A stretch of DNA of 62,416 bases, filler included, from Circinaria calcarea (Eukaryota): assembly GCA_051942165.1 (NCBI GenBank). It is 3 parts of 3 records of this genome, joined end to end, with 100 filler letters (N's around TTAATTAATTAA, not from the genome) between each part and the next. Parts side by side here need not be neighbours in the genome. Positions count along the whole stretch, not along the records: positions 20,867 to 41,599 come from JAVECS010000165.1; positions 41,700 to 62,416 come from JAVECS010000166.1; 1 more part is not named here. One strand, written 5' to 3'. Under the pieces are notes generated by a model. That model saw only the letters and a list, made by a program, of their open reading frames with translations. It ran no database searches and had not been told where the DNA came from. The translations under genes and the position numbers were made by a program. Numbering within the stretch: the first letter of the stretch is position 1; the number at the start of each line of letters is the position of its first letter. This document shows, piece after piece, positions 36,371 to 48,219 of the stretch.

Positions 36371-36809
36371 ACTTGTTAGCTGGGTAGTAGTGGTATTGGT
36401 TCAAGTGTAAGGTTGATATCTCCCCAAATGCAGTGAAGGTCTGACGCTTATCGCTTATCAAACCCTAGTGACATCACTTCTGGGAGAAAATGTTTACAAT
36501 CTTTACACGGCAGGAAGGTTTGATTGCCCATGATTCGAGGACACGCATGTATGAATTGCGATTCCTAAAGTATTATTGCGCAGCAAGATTGGTTTTATTG
36601 ATCCTGAGCTAAACACAAGTATTCAGAGTGGGGCAATTGTGCTCAGTGTTGGCAAAAATGCCGAGCCTTGGGTATCTAGCTTGAAAAGACACATAAAATG
36701 CTTGAAATGCTTAGAATGCGCAAAGTGCGTGAAATAGGTAGAATGCTAAAGTCAGCCTGGGTAAGGGAGTACTAAACAGCGCAAGACATGTGTTCTGGAT
36801 ACATGACTA

Positions 36810-38369
36810 TCAGTAAAACATGTCTGCAGCCTTGTTTCTCCTTCCGCCCCTGCCTTGAAGTTTCTCGGCGAATAACTCCTTGCCAGCGTTTCCTACGGTC
36901 TTTCCAGGAAATAATTCCTTGACAGCACCCGCAGTAGAAGCGTCAGCTCCAAGGCCGCGTATGGAGAATCCCGAGTCCTGCTGCTTTGAAACACCACGAA
37001 TGCTAAACCCTTCATCCTCGTCATCATTTGACGCGTCTATTGTGGTATCAGAAACGGTATTCTTCAGCCGACCCGATGTATTCTTTGGGCGAGTCGAAAT
37101 CCTATCCGCCAGACTGCGTTTAGGAGGATGGTCCGCGGCTCCATCGACAAATGGTACTGACATGCCGGTAGCAAAAAGATCCGCCGTCTCGTCTGCCGCG
37201 TCAAAGGCATCAGATCGACGATGGGCACTGGTGACAGTTTTCGTAGGGAAAAGTTCCTTTTGAAGGTTTTCTGCGGTTTTCTTATTTGGAAAGAGCTCTT
37301 TGCCTTGTACAGATGAGGATGCATCTCGCATGTTCATGTCTGAATCGAAATTCGATACGGAAGTTGATTTGGTAGGGAAAAGTTCCTTGCCGCTATTCTT
37401 ATCAAAAGCGGGATAAGGATCTCGTTCCTGGTACCGAGGGGGGGGCGTTCTGCGTTGCTTGCGGCGACGATTTTCGCCGTCACTATCCCTGTCTGGGGAT
37501 GCGCTTCTGTCTCGTGATCGCCTGCGATCTGAGCGATTCGGCCTATACGGGCCTCTTCGATGGCTACCCCGATCGCCATCGGATGAAAGAGTGGATTTGG
37601 AACCTCGTCTCTCTGCTGGTCCCTTTTGTCTTGATGCTAATGCATCTTCATCGTCATCATACATGCTTGCTGTGAAACCCTGGTCTTCGTCTTTCTGCTT
37701 CCTACGCCGATGCTCATCATCTCCGTAGCGACTGTTCCTACTTGTTCGATCTCTCTCATGTCTTCTACCTGATCGACGTCTCTCCCTAGGGTCGTGCTCA
37801 GGATGCATCATATAAAACCGGCTGGCCTCGTACGCGCGAGGTCGTTTCTGGTCCGTCAGAACCGCTATTCGTATTTGGAGATTGGATCCGGGGTGTTTGG
37901 AGAATGGTTTCGCCGTTCGAAGCTGAAGTCTCGAAACAGCATTGACATTGTCAAATGGACTTAGGCTCAAGTGATGTAGGGCTTTTATGGCCATGGCTGG
38001 ACAGTTGAAAACAATATTTGCTGATGTGTCATCGATCCACTCAATCCGTAGAGGAGGGCCCAATGCAAGGTGCTCGAGGTGTTCGTTGGAGTAAGCCTTG
38101 ATATCTTGTGTAGTGAGGTCGTCGACCCCACGGATGTGAATTTTGTGAAGCGCGATTTGCTCCGAGCCGACATCTGATGAATTTCCCACGTCTTGGTTGT
38201 GTTCAGTGAGGGCATTGAGCGCTTGAGCTTCAGAGACAGCCTGCAGCATGGTTAAAAATTTGATCCGAATACTATATCATGTGAATTAGAGCTGACTTAC
38301 AGCTTGAGCAGGCTCATCGACAACAACTGGACCAAGATCGATATCCATGTCAATATCCATGTCGTCCAT
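36810..38369 (-). CDS. NCBP3-domain (DUF2414) cap-binding-like protein; probable orthologue of Neurospora SAD-8; one 5' intron
   Basis: MDDMDIDMDIDLG first exon; KIHIRGVDDLTTQDIKAY...RIEWIDDTSANIVF RRM-like core; SRFYMMHPEHDPRE; Arg/Asp/Ser-rich middle; repeated KELFP motifs. Confidence 0.88.
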
Positions 38370-38646
38370 TGCAGACAAAGACACATCCGTCTGGTCGAAG
38401 GGACGCAGACCAACGGGATGAAAAGAGGAAACCTCCATGATGGATAATGAAGGTGAAGCTACGAAGTAAATGCAATCGAAAGTTGAGGTATCGAGTCTCG
38501 AATCATAAGAGGCCACCCCTGCCCATCCGAGTGAAAATCATCGGAAGTGAGTGGCCGAGATCCGATGACGCCCGGTAAAACTCCAGAACTCCATAACGCC
38601 AAAGAAACGCCAACAACGCCGGAAGTATTTTGGACAACGATGCACA

Positions 38647-41376
38647 TCAATCCTCCCTACGCCTCCTTTTCGGAGGACGCGGTAGACCCGGGTACATCCC
38701 ACCGTATTCGTCGTATTCGTCGTCGGACACCGGTCTCTTCTGCCTCGAAGGAGGAGGCAACGCAGGGCTATCATTGGTGTTGGTAGCTGAACTCAACTGC
38801 CTCCGCTGAGGAGGCACCTGAAGAGCATCGGTGTTATTGGTAGGTCGTGGCGACCACGGACTCTCATAAGGTGTCCTTCGTAGAGGAGAAGTAAATCCAG
38901 ACCTCCTAGTGTTGTTGGCAGTTGGTGACGTTGCCGGCGCCTCAAAAGCCATCGTCGTCCTCGCCAAAGGAGTCGCTCCTTGAGCCTCCTGATGCCTGAA
39001 AGTATTCTGAGTGTAGGAAGGGGCAGAACTGCTTCCCATGTTAAGACCGCCGATATCAAGATCGCTGCTTTCTGGTTTGATGGGTCGCTCTTGTTCCATC
39101 TCCCTCCTCTTGGCTTCGTTTGCTTCCTTGAGTAGTTTTCTCTTCTTGCTTCGGTCGTGTTCAATGCCCGTGGTCATCTTCTCTGGGTTTGGATTGCGGC
39201 GCTCGTCAATGCCGGTTTTCTCTCGTCCAGATCTATTCCACCGACTCTTGATAGAGCCCCACGTTCTCGGTGGACGCGAGGGATCATGCTCTGCCAGACG
39301 CCTCGCGACTTCTTCACATCTCTTTCTCTCGCTATGATTGACCTTTTTTTCTGCTACAACCTCCCCCATGAATCGACCTAGTAGAGTATCATCCTCTTCG
39401 GTCCATGGATTATCTTGTTTCTTCTTCTTATTTTCAGGTTCTTCGTTCGCAGTCTTGGTCTTGATCTTGGCCAAATTCTTGGGCTTCCTCGGTGCAGGTG
39501 CCGGGGGATATGTGTCTGGATTGGAGCCGGATGTAGCAGGGTTGAAATAAGATGCAGCAGGAGCTGGATTGGAGCCAGATGCGGCAGGGTTGAAGTAAGA
39601 TGTAGCAGGATTAGGGTTGAAGTAAGATGCAGCAGGAGCAGGATTGGAGCGAGATGCGACAGGGTTGAAGTAGGATGTAGCAGGATTAGGGTTGAAGTAA
39701 GATGCAGCAGGAGCTGGATTGGAGCGAGATGCGGCAGGGTTGAAGTAGGATGTAGCAGGATTAGGGTTGAAGTAAGATACAGCAGGAGCAGGATCGGAGT
39801 AAGATGTAGCAGGGTCTGAGCGAGGTGCAGCAGAATTGAAGTAAGATGCAGCAGGGTCAGAGAGAGATACAATAGGATCAGAGCGAGGTGCAGCATCACT
39901 GGAGCGAGATGCATTAAGAAGATTGGAGCGATATTCAGCAAGTCTCGCGCGAGCTGCGATAGGGTCGCGGGAACGTACAACACCTTGGTAATTCGCAGGA
40001 TCAAAAGCATATGGGTTCGGACGTGGAGGCAAACGTCCATCTGTGTGTATAGGTGCATTGTCAGAATCCAAGGCTGTAGTATTGGGCACTGCCCTGGCCG
40101 CTGAAGGTACCATCTTTCCGGCTTTGCGGCGGGGGATGCGTCGCATCTTGCGTGCCTTTGGCTTGAAGTCGTTGTTATCGTCATAGCTGTCGTCGTCGTC
40201 AGAATTGTCTGTTTCGTCCGAGCTCTCTATATGCTCATTTGAGCCCTTTTGGCCTTTCTTTGGCGTCTTATCCTCGTCAGAGCTCTCCCCATTATTGTTG
40301 AAGTTGGTCCCTTTGTTAGGTTTCTCCTCTTCCTTCTCCGAGTTGTTCTCCTGCTCATCAAAGCTCTCTTGGTTGTCTGCGATCGTCTCATTGTAGGAGT
40401 TATCTCGGTCGTTCAAGTCCGTGTCGTTGTTAGAGTTCTGCTGGTCTTTCGAGTTTGACATATTGGTGAAGTGCTCGTGGAAGGTCGAGGTTGTGTCGTA
40501 CAAGATAGGATTGTTTGAGATTGGCATGTTCAACGTCGACTTGTTCAAGTTTGTGTTTCTGACGGAGTTGTCGTGGTCATTCGGGATCATGTCATCATCA
40601 CTAATCTCTTGGTAGATAGGGTTCACAACTGGACGCCGTATAACCGGAGGCCACACAACTGAAAGCCGTACAACTAGAGACGGTACAGCTGGAGACGGTA
40701 CAGTTGGAGACGGTACAGCTGGAGACGGTACAACTGGACGCCACACAACTGGAAGCCGTACAATTAGAGACCGTGCAACTGGAGGCTGTGAAACTGAGGG
40801 TGGTGAAAATGGAGGCGGTGAATATCCAGGCGGCAGACCCGGGAAAGTAGAGTCATCATCTCGTGGAGATGAAATTTCAGGAGTAGGAGGCCAATCGCTG
40901 TCTGTAACTGTCACGACATCCCCATCATCGTCGCTCCACTCTTCGGGTCCAAACACCGTATGCCTCAAAGGTCCGCCGACAGCTCGTTGATTAGGCACAC
41001 ATTGACAGTAAGGAATTATAAAGGGACAGGGGTGTCTAAGTGAGTAGCTCAAAGTCGCTTCCAACTACACCGTACAGTCAGTATCCTTGTTTTCTTGCTT
41101 TTTGCTTTAAAAAGGGCAGAACCGGTTAGATAATCTTACTTCCATAATGCGGCGTCTGATCCTTTGACGCCTGATCGCCTCAGCTTGCTCCGTGGCAATT
41201 TCTTCTGGCCCTGGCTTTGGAAGCCGGTGGGACCTCTCCATTGGACCTATTCCGAGAACGTCTATAAACACGTCCACCATTTCAATCCATCTCGGCCGTG
41301 GCGTGACTGTCGGTCCTGACGTGACTATCGGCAGTGACCTGGCTGTCGGCATTGGTATTGCTGTTGGCAGTGACAT
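38647..41376 (-). CDS. Repeat-rich ~880-aa protein with a Myb/SANT-like domain; intron 41065-41139
   Basis: Exon 1 (79 codons, MSLPTAIPM...RRIME) splices GTAAGA...CTGAC...TAG in phase 0 onto ORF 38647-41064. Contains NPWTEEDDTLL...EVARRL...RTWGSIKSRWNRSGREKTGIDERR and a basic NLS-like end PPKRRRRED. Confidence 0.75.
39515..39915. repeat. Coding minisatellite with a 75-bp unit (SNPAPAASYFNPNPATSYFNPxASR), about three full copies plus partial ones
   Basis: GGATTGGAGC-type anchor recurs at 39518, 39566, 39641, 39716 and 39791 (spacings 48, 75, 75, 75). Confidence 0.92.
40620..40790. repeat. Coding 15-bp tandem repeat (GGAGACGGTACAGCT-like; VPSPA) within degenerate related units
   Basis: gagacggtacagct ggagacggtacagtt ggagacggtacagct ggagacggtacaact. 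Confidence 0.88.
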
Positions 41377-41599
41377 GACGAAACCAAGACAGCTCAGCTG
41401 TCCCGATAAGAATGGGAAAGGTTTAAAAATAAGTGTGGAAGATCGAAGCTCCAAGGGAAGAAAGTGTTCGATGCAAATGTCCAGATAGTTTGGAAGTCAG
41501 AGAAGTCCAGCTTCAACGTTGAAAAGAATCGCAGCTCGAATGAAGGTTGGCAAGCACAGCTTTACCTTTGCTATACAGAAGATACAAGAAGGAGTAGAT

Positions 41600-41699
41600 N
41601 NNNNNNNNNNNNNNNNNNNNNNNNNNNNNNNNNNNNNNNNNNNTTAATTAATTAANNNNNNNNNNNNNNNNNNNNNNNNNNNNNNNNNNNNNNNNNNNN
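41600..41699. other. Artificial contig linker (44 N + TTAATTAATTAA + 44 N)
   Basis: Same 100-nt cassette as 20767-20866. Confidence 0.97.
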
Positions 41700-43196
41700 T
41701 CAAAGCACATGGCTTCTCGGAGTGGTCATCAACTAATATTGACACCCTGCCCATTGCGGTCGCCTATCCCAAATCGACCGCCGAGGTCTCGGAGATTGCC
41801 AAGGTATGTCACAAGTATCGTATGCCAATGGTTCCCTATTCCGGCGGGTCATCCCTCGAGGCAAACTTCTCATGTCCGTATGGAGGCATGAGTATCGACT
41901 TCGCATACATGAACGAGATCGTTGCCTTCCACGAAGATGATATGGACGTGGTCGTTCAACCTGGGATCCAGTGGATGGCTCTCAACGATCAGATTAAAGA
42001 CTCGGGACTGTTCTTCCCTGTCGACCCTGGTCCAACCGCGCAGATTGGGGGCATGGTGGGCACATCCTGTTCTGGCACAGGCGCCGTCAGATGGGGGACG
42101 ATGAAGGACTGGGTAGTTAACCTGACCGTAGTACTTGCAGACGGGACAGTGATAAAGACAAGACAAAGACCCAGAAAGTCGAGTGCAGGTTACAATCTGA
42201 CGGGCATGTTCATTGGATCCGAGGGAACTTTGGGAATCGTCACAGAGATCACATTAAAGCTTGGTATGTGGTACCATCGTTGCCATATATGTGTTTAACC
42301 AATCTAACATCAACTCTAGCGGTGATACCGCAGGAGACTACAGTTGCAGTTGTCACGTTTCCCACAATCAGAGATGCCGCTGCGGCTGCTGCCAAGGTGA
42401 TGAGGAAGGGTGTTCCAGTCGGCGCAGTGGAGATTATGGATGAGGTGCAGATGAACGTCATCAACCGAGCTGGCCAGACGGGAAAATCGTGGAAGGAAGC
42501 ACCGACCTTGTTCTTCAAATTCTCGGGTACCTCAGCTGGGGTCAAAGAGAACGTCAGCCTTGTCAAGTCGATCACGAAGGCCCATAAAGGCGGCGAGTTT
42601 GAGTTTGCCAAAGATCCCGAAGCCGCGAGGACGCTGTGGTCAGCTCGCAAAGAGGCGTTGTGGAGTATGCTCTCCTTAAGGGAGAAGGGGAGCGAGGTGT
42701 GGTCGACCGACGTAGCGGTGCCCCTATCGCGCTTGGCGGACATTATCGAGATTTCCAAGAAAGAGATGGACGATTTAGGCCTCTTTGCAAGTATTCTTGG
42801 GCATGTCGGAGACGGGAATTTCCACGAGGCCATCATGTACGACAACACTAATCCGGATGAACGGAAGGCCGTCGAGCATTGTGTACACAACATGGTAGAC
42901 CGAGCGCTGGAAATGGAAGGCACATGCACAGTAGAAATCCCTACGTTCAAACCGTACCTTTGCAAGCTGATATGAAGCAGGGTGAACACGGAATCGGACT
43001 GGGCAAGAAAGAATCGTTGATGAAGGAACTCGGCGCTGATACTATTGACGTGATGCGCAGTGTCAAGAGAGCTCTGGATCCTTACTGGCTGATGAACCCG
43101 GGGAAGATTTTCGAAGCCGTACATGTTGATAGTCCTCACGACCTTCGGAAAGCCGCTGCGTCGCCCACTCTCGAGCACCCGGAGAAAAAGAAATGA
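41700..43196 (+). CDS. DLD1: D-lactate dehydrogenase (cytochrome), FAD-linked oxidase; 5' truncated by the gap; introns 42264-42319 and 42931-42980
   Basis: PYSGGSSLEANF, FFPVDPGPTAQIGGMVGTSCSG, RPRKSSAGYNL...GSEGTLGIVT, TDVAVPLSRL, GHVGDGNFH, MEGTCT|GEHGIGLGKK, LDPYWLMNPGK. Confidence 0.93.
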
Positions 43197-43721
43197 TCAT
43201 CTGCGTAATCTATGTGATAGGACATTCGTTTTAACGTTCATGCATGGTTCATGATTCACCGCTAGAAGTGTACTCGCATTCACTGTCTTGCCGGTAGGTC
43301 ATCCTAGCTTTGAAAAGGATGGGGAGTTGGTGGCCGCAGATAGTTTCTTAGTTTTTCCGGGGTACGCAGCGGCTGGGAACATACTTTTTCATGTAACATG
43401 GGGTAAATATATGATCAACTTCTTTATAGCTTTTCAAACTGAGCACTTCTTTCAAGGAAGGACTCTTGTAATGCCCCCTCCTTGGTGATCCATACTCGAC
43501 TTGATAATGCGCAATGCCAATGTGCTGATCACAACAGTCCTTATGGTCCGCATACGCCAATCGGCTGTGTAAGCTTGGCCCCCTTTTTTCTCTATTGTGC
43601 ATAACCATTGTCAACTTGAATATATGAGATTTATTGCCAATCTCCATCACAAGTACCATTCAGTTACATTCAAACAATGGCAATGCCTCCAATTCCCAAA
43701 TGTTCCTGAAATGTGGATCTC

Positions 43722-43835
43722 CTATTGACCCCTTATTGAACAATACTGGCGTTTCAGATCCTGAATGGTAACCACCATGGAACCCCTTATTGAACAATAC
43801 TTGCGTCTCAAGTCCTCAATAGCAATCCTCATTGA
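43722..43835. repeat. 54-bp direct tandem duplication
   Basis: Identical 20-mer ACCCCTTATTGAACAATACT at 43728-43747 and 43782-43801, with diverged flanks. Confidence 0.85.
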
Positions 43836-44098
43836 TGCCCCCATTCACAATGGCCTCTCTCTTCTCCCCAGCCTCCTTCCCTCATCGCCCACTAGCGTCC
43901 CCTCCGAAGCATAAAACGCAGCTTTTCCTCGCCCACCTTCCTCTCTTTCTTTCTTCACCTTCACCACCAACAGTACCATCTACCTTTCTCTTCTGACATA
44001 CATACTCCCCCATTTCCCCCTACCAAGACGCTGGTCGTCTTCTTCTTTTTCTTTTCCTTTTACCACCACCATCACCACTATCACCACCACCGCCCACC

Positions 44099-45097
44099 AT
44101 GTCTTCCAACGACCGCTCCGCCCCGGCCCGCCGCTCTGCTTTCCGCCCGCACCAGGTGAGTATCATGGCGCCGATGGACGGGCCCCTGGTGGGTCCTGAT
44201 TACGAGGACGACGACGAGAACGACGATGACGAGGAAGAAGGAGAGAACGGAGAGGAGAACGAGGCTGCCGAAGAGGCAGAAGACGAAGACGACGACGAAA
44301 ACGAAGAAGGCCTGGCTATCCTCCTGGGAACTGGCCCCTTCGTACCTCTCCCGGCTCTGCACGGCCCCACTCTCGACCCACGCGACCTCTCGGCAACCAC
44401 CCCGACCCCTCCCGGCACCATCTCGCCCATCTCCCCCGTCGCCACCAGGAGCAGAAACACTTCCGCCCCTTCCGGAGCCTCTCGCCCTCCCTCTCCCACC
44501 ACCTCTACCGCCTCCAACGCCTCTTTCGAGGTCCTCGACCCGGATATCCCCATCCCCAGCGTCGAGAGCGACGCCGTCGATTGCGAGACGAGGCTGCGTG
44601 CCGCGAGGAGAGATGCCAGACGAAGCATCAACAGAGCGGTGAGGGGAATACGAGCGAGCGACGAGGATGGGCGCTGGGTGCGCGGGTTGCTTGAGGTAGA
44701 GCGGAGGAGAGTCAGGGAGTGTAAGTTCCTCAGACCGGCATTCACCTCACCTCACCTAATCATTTCATTGGGTACAATCGACTAACCGTACATGCATACA
44801 GTGACGAGGCGCCTGCAAGAATGTGAGGAGCACGGACGAGAGCAGCAGCAGCAGCTTAACCGTCAGCAGGTGCTGATAAACAACCTGGCCCTCGAAGTCG
44901 CCGACTTCCGGGGTCTCGACCTCGCCGACGACCCTCGGCGGGTTCAGCAGCCCCAACCCCAGCACCAGCAGCAGGCCCAGCAAGCCCAAGCCCAACCCCA
45001 CCAGCATCAGCAGCAGCAACAAGCCCCCGTGGCGAGGAGGCAGCAGCCGGCGAGGAGGGCGAAGAGGCCTGTTAGCTACCGCCCGGGTCGAGGGTAG
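44099..45097 (+). CDS. Hypothetical protein: acidic tract, Pro/Ser/Thr region, coiled coil, Gln-rich tail; intron 44721-44801
   Basis: Splicing GTAAGT...ACTAAC...CAG joins ORFs 44099 and 44792 as ERRRVRE|LTRRLQEC; good ATG context (CCACCATG) after a pyrimidine-rich leader. Confidence 0.7.
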
Positions 45098-46012
45098 ATG
45101 GAGACGGTAACGGGGATGATGACGATGACGATGATGATAAATGACGATGACGATGATTGACGACGATGATGATAATGATTGACGAACAGCTTGTGTGTGC
45201 CCTCGGGCGTCTATGCAGATTGTGGACGGCTTTGTTTCTTTGTCTTTTTCTTGTTCTTCGGTGGATCTTGTTCGGCCCTGATGGCATCCTGCTCTTACTC
45301 TTGCTCTTGCTCTAGCTCTTGCTTCTCACCCAGCTACCACAGCTAGGAAAAACCGAAAAACAATTCGAAAGCTCTTGGAAACGATGATGACTTGTATACT
45401 GATGGATGACATGAATGGTAGAAGGATTGCATTGTGTTGTGAGGGTATCCCTTCGTAGCTGACTATGCCTTTGTATTATCGTAACAGTCCGTCTCGAGGA
45501 AGTAGATGTGGAGATGGGGAAGGGTCGAGCAAGTGAAAAGTGGAGATTGTCACGTCGTAGCATCGGGAGTTTCTCTGGCAGACTGAAATTTTGAGAGTTG
45601 GTGCAACAACGCTTCAATGTTAGCCATGATTCTGATGCATAGTGAGATGAACTACCCCGTCAGGAAAAAATCCTACTCTGCATACCGTAAAATCGTCGTT
45701 TATCGGCTATTGCGACGAACAGGTCAGGTGGAAGATCGAGGTACATCACGCGATACATTCAGTGCTATGTATCAGTCGGAGAATGGTCGATGGGAAGATG
45801 TCACATGATCTTGATGCTGTGATCGCGTTTAATCAAAGAGTCAAAGAACTGCACCAGGAGACTGCTATCTGATTGCATGTCAGGATATTCTGGTGTATAA
45901 ACGAGCTATGTACACTGTAGCAGACAGGCTAACATAGTTGAATGTACATTTGTAGGAAACAGCCGACTAACTGAGATCTGTAATGTCCCTACGTCCACAA
46001 ACTCCGTGGGCG

Positions 46013-47756
46013 TTACTCCAAGTCGAAGATGGGCCTTGTAGCCATCTCCTCCCATAGCAGTGGTGGCAATGTCAGGCTATCGCCTTCCCAATCATCGTAT
46101 GTGTACTTGAAACTAGGTAACTTGCTGACTTCCTCTTCTTCGTCGTTTAGGAGACGGAGAATACCCATATGTCTGGCTTCGGATTCATCGGCTGCGACGG
46201 AAGACTGCTGGCTTCGTTCATTACCTGAATTATCTGAAACATCGTCTTCGTAACTCGATTCCCTGGGATCCATGCCCTCGAAAGGTAGAGATAGTGGTGT
46301 GATTTGGGCAACATTGATTTTGTGAGATGGGTCGCTAATGCTCGTATCTTGATGAATCAAGTTAGCGGATGCCGGTGTGAGTCTTGTGTCCTCCGGTAGA
46401 GGTAGAGCAACGTCCGACAGGTACAAATCGCGGTACTTTAATCTGAATCGATCTCTAATCTGCGGCCCTGTACGGTGTGATAGAACCAGGTCAGGATCTT
46501 TCGCTATGAGAGTCCATTGAAATCCATGTTTCCGATATCCTTCAGCAAGATACTCATCTTCCGCTTCCGTCCAGTGGTTTTTGGGTTTTCTTTTGCGAAT
46601 ATTTATTGATTGGTTCGTTGAAGGGGACTTTTTGGTGTGTCGTGGTTTAGAGATTGAGCGTTGGATATTTACGGCTGCGAAGCCATTTACTGTAAGTTTT
46701 GTGGTACTGATCGTTGTTGTCGGTATCGGGGTAGAAGTCTTCAATGTTGAGACGGATCCTAGGTGAGATGAGTCTGTGGGTGCGGCGTTCGTCCCACTTC
46801 TGGCCTTTTCCTCGAATGAACCACTGATGTTAGGTCTTAGCCGGCTCTCTAAGGATTGCTCTATTTGGTTATATAGAGTTCTAGACAAATCCCCGTTATT
46901 ACCAAGCTTAATCCCTTCGGCGGCTTGATGATCGGCCGAAAATATCAGACCCGAGGATTCCAGACTTAATCCATTGGCCCGGCATGTACGGTAGCTGGGA
47001 ACATCTCAGCAAAGCCCTCAGCTTGAGTGGGCAACGAATGCTCGCTTACCGGTCCTTAAGATCGACTGCTGTTCGTTCCTGGGAAAATGTAAAGGCTTGG
47101 TGGCTCAAGATTTTTTTCCACTTGCCCATACCGAAAAGTTCGACCCCTCTGAGGAGATCCTTTGTTTCACGTTCAGTCCATTTGAGTCGCGGCCGTAGAT
47201 TCATTCTCTTTGTAACGCGATCGTTTGATTCACGTATTAAGGGGTAATTCTGGTTGTAATCCGAGTGCTCTTCATCATTACCAGCAGTGATGGGCGGGAA
47301 CAATGCTGCGCTTGGCGGCGGAGAATGTAATTCATTTAGAACGGAGACAGGCTGAAAGGGGGGCGGCTTATCCACTTTGGCCTTTGCTGATGGTTTAGGA
47401 AGTTGAACAAAGTCTCCGACCCGACCACGATTGCTCAACCTTTGTCTCTTCTGTTGACGCTCCATGTCCATGTTTGCCATATGCTGATCGTCGTCAAGAT
47501 TGTGCGTATTGTATGTATTATCTACCTCGGGTTCCCCAATTGGTAGTGCTTCTGCCAGCGCCTTGAGCCGCGTCTTCAAGTTCGCATTTGGGATCGGTGA
47601 GTTCAGGTTGACACGAGCATTTGGTTCAAGCGGGGGCGGCCTAGCTGCATTGTTGACTGGTATTGGGTCCTGTAGAGGAGCTATCCGCACATATTGGTCG
47701 AAAGTGAAGTCTTCAAGATCCTCCAGCAAGCCTGAGGGTCTTTGAGCTCTTGACAT
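46013..47756 (-). CDS. Double telobox-Myb protein, Tay1/Teb1/TRF-like telomere-repeat-binding factor; intron 46995-47049
   Basis: Myb1 RLKWTERETKDLLRGVELFGMGKWKKILSH...RTAVDLKDR|YR; Myb2 KNHWTEAEDEYLAEGYRKHGFQWTLIAKDPDLVLSHRTGPQIRDRFR. Confidence 0.85.
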
Positions 47757-48219
47757 CGTGGCAGTTATGCTCAGTAAGCAGCAAGATCCACTGCATTCGA
47801 GGCTGGACTTGTCAGACGGAAGGAGGAAATTAAATCAGATGTTATGTAGGTTGATCCTGTATCTTCCTTATCTGCCTGCGCATCAAGGCCATGCCGTTTC
47901 ATGGGAGTTGTCGGTCGTTCAATGCTGAAAGGAACGTTTCCATCTCTTGAATGATGCGTTTTGCCGTTGTTCTGTATCGGCAGAGACTGCTGTAGGTGGG
48001 TTTGAACAGATCAAGTACCTAGATGTAGACATTGTGACAGTATTATTTCATTCAAGTCCTCAATTTTACATACGAAGATGATAACACAACCGTACGTATG
48101 GTGAATGAAACATCTGCTGCTGTTGCGAGGGCAACGGGGAAGAGCCCGTGTTGGAGGGCATGCACTTCATGCGTTGTAGTTGAAGATGCTCGAATAACCT
48201 GCTACCTAATGCTATTGAT

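Noticed and set aside
39515..39915. Regularly spaced repeats as a CRISPR-like array
   Set aside because: There are no unique spacers, the units are in-frame coding repeats in a eukaryotic gene, and no cas genes are present.
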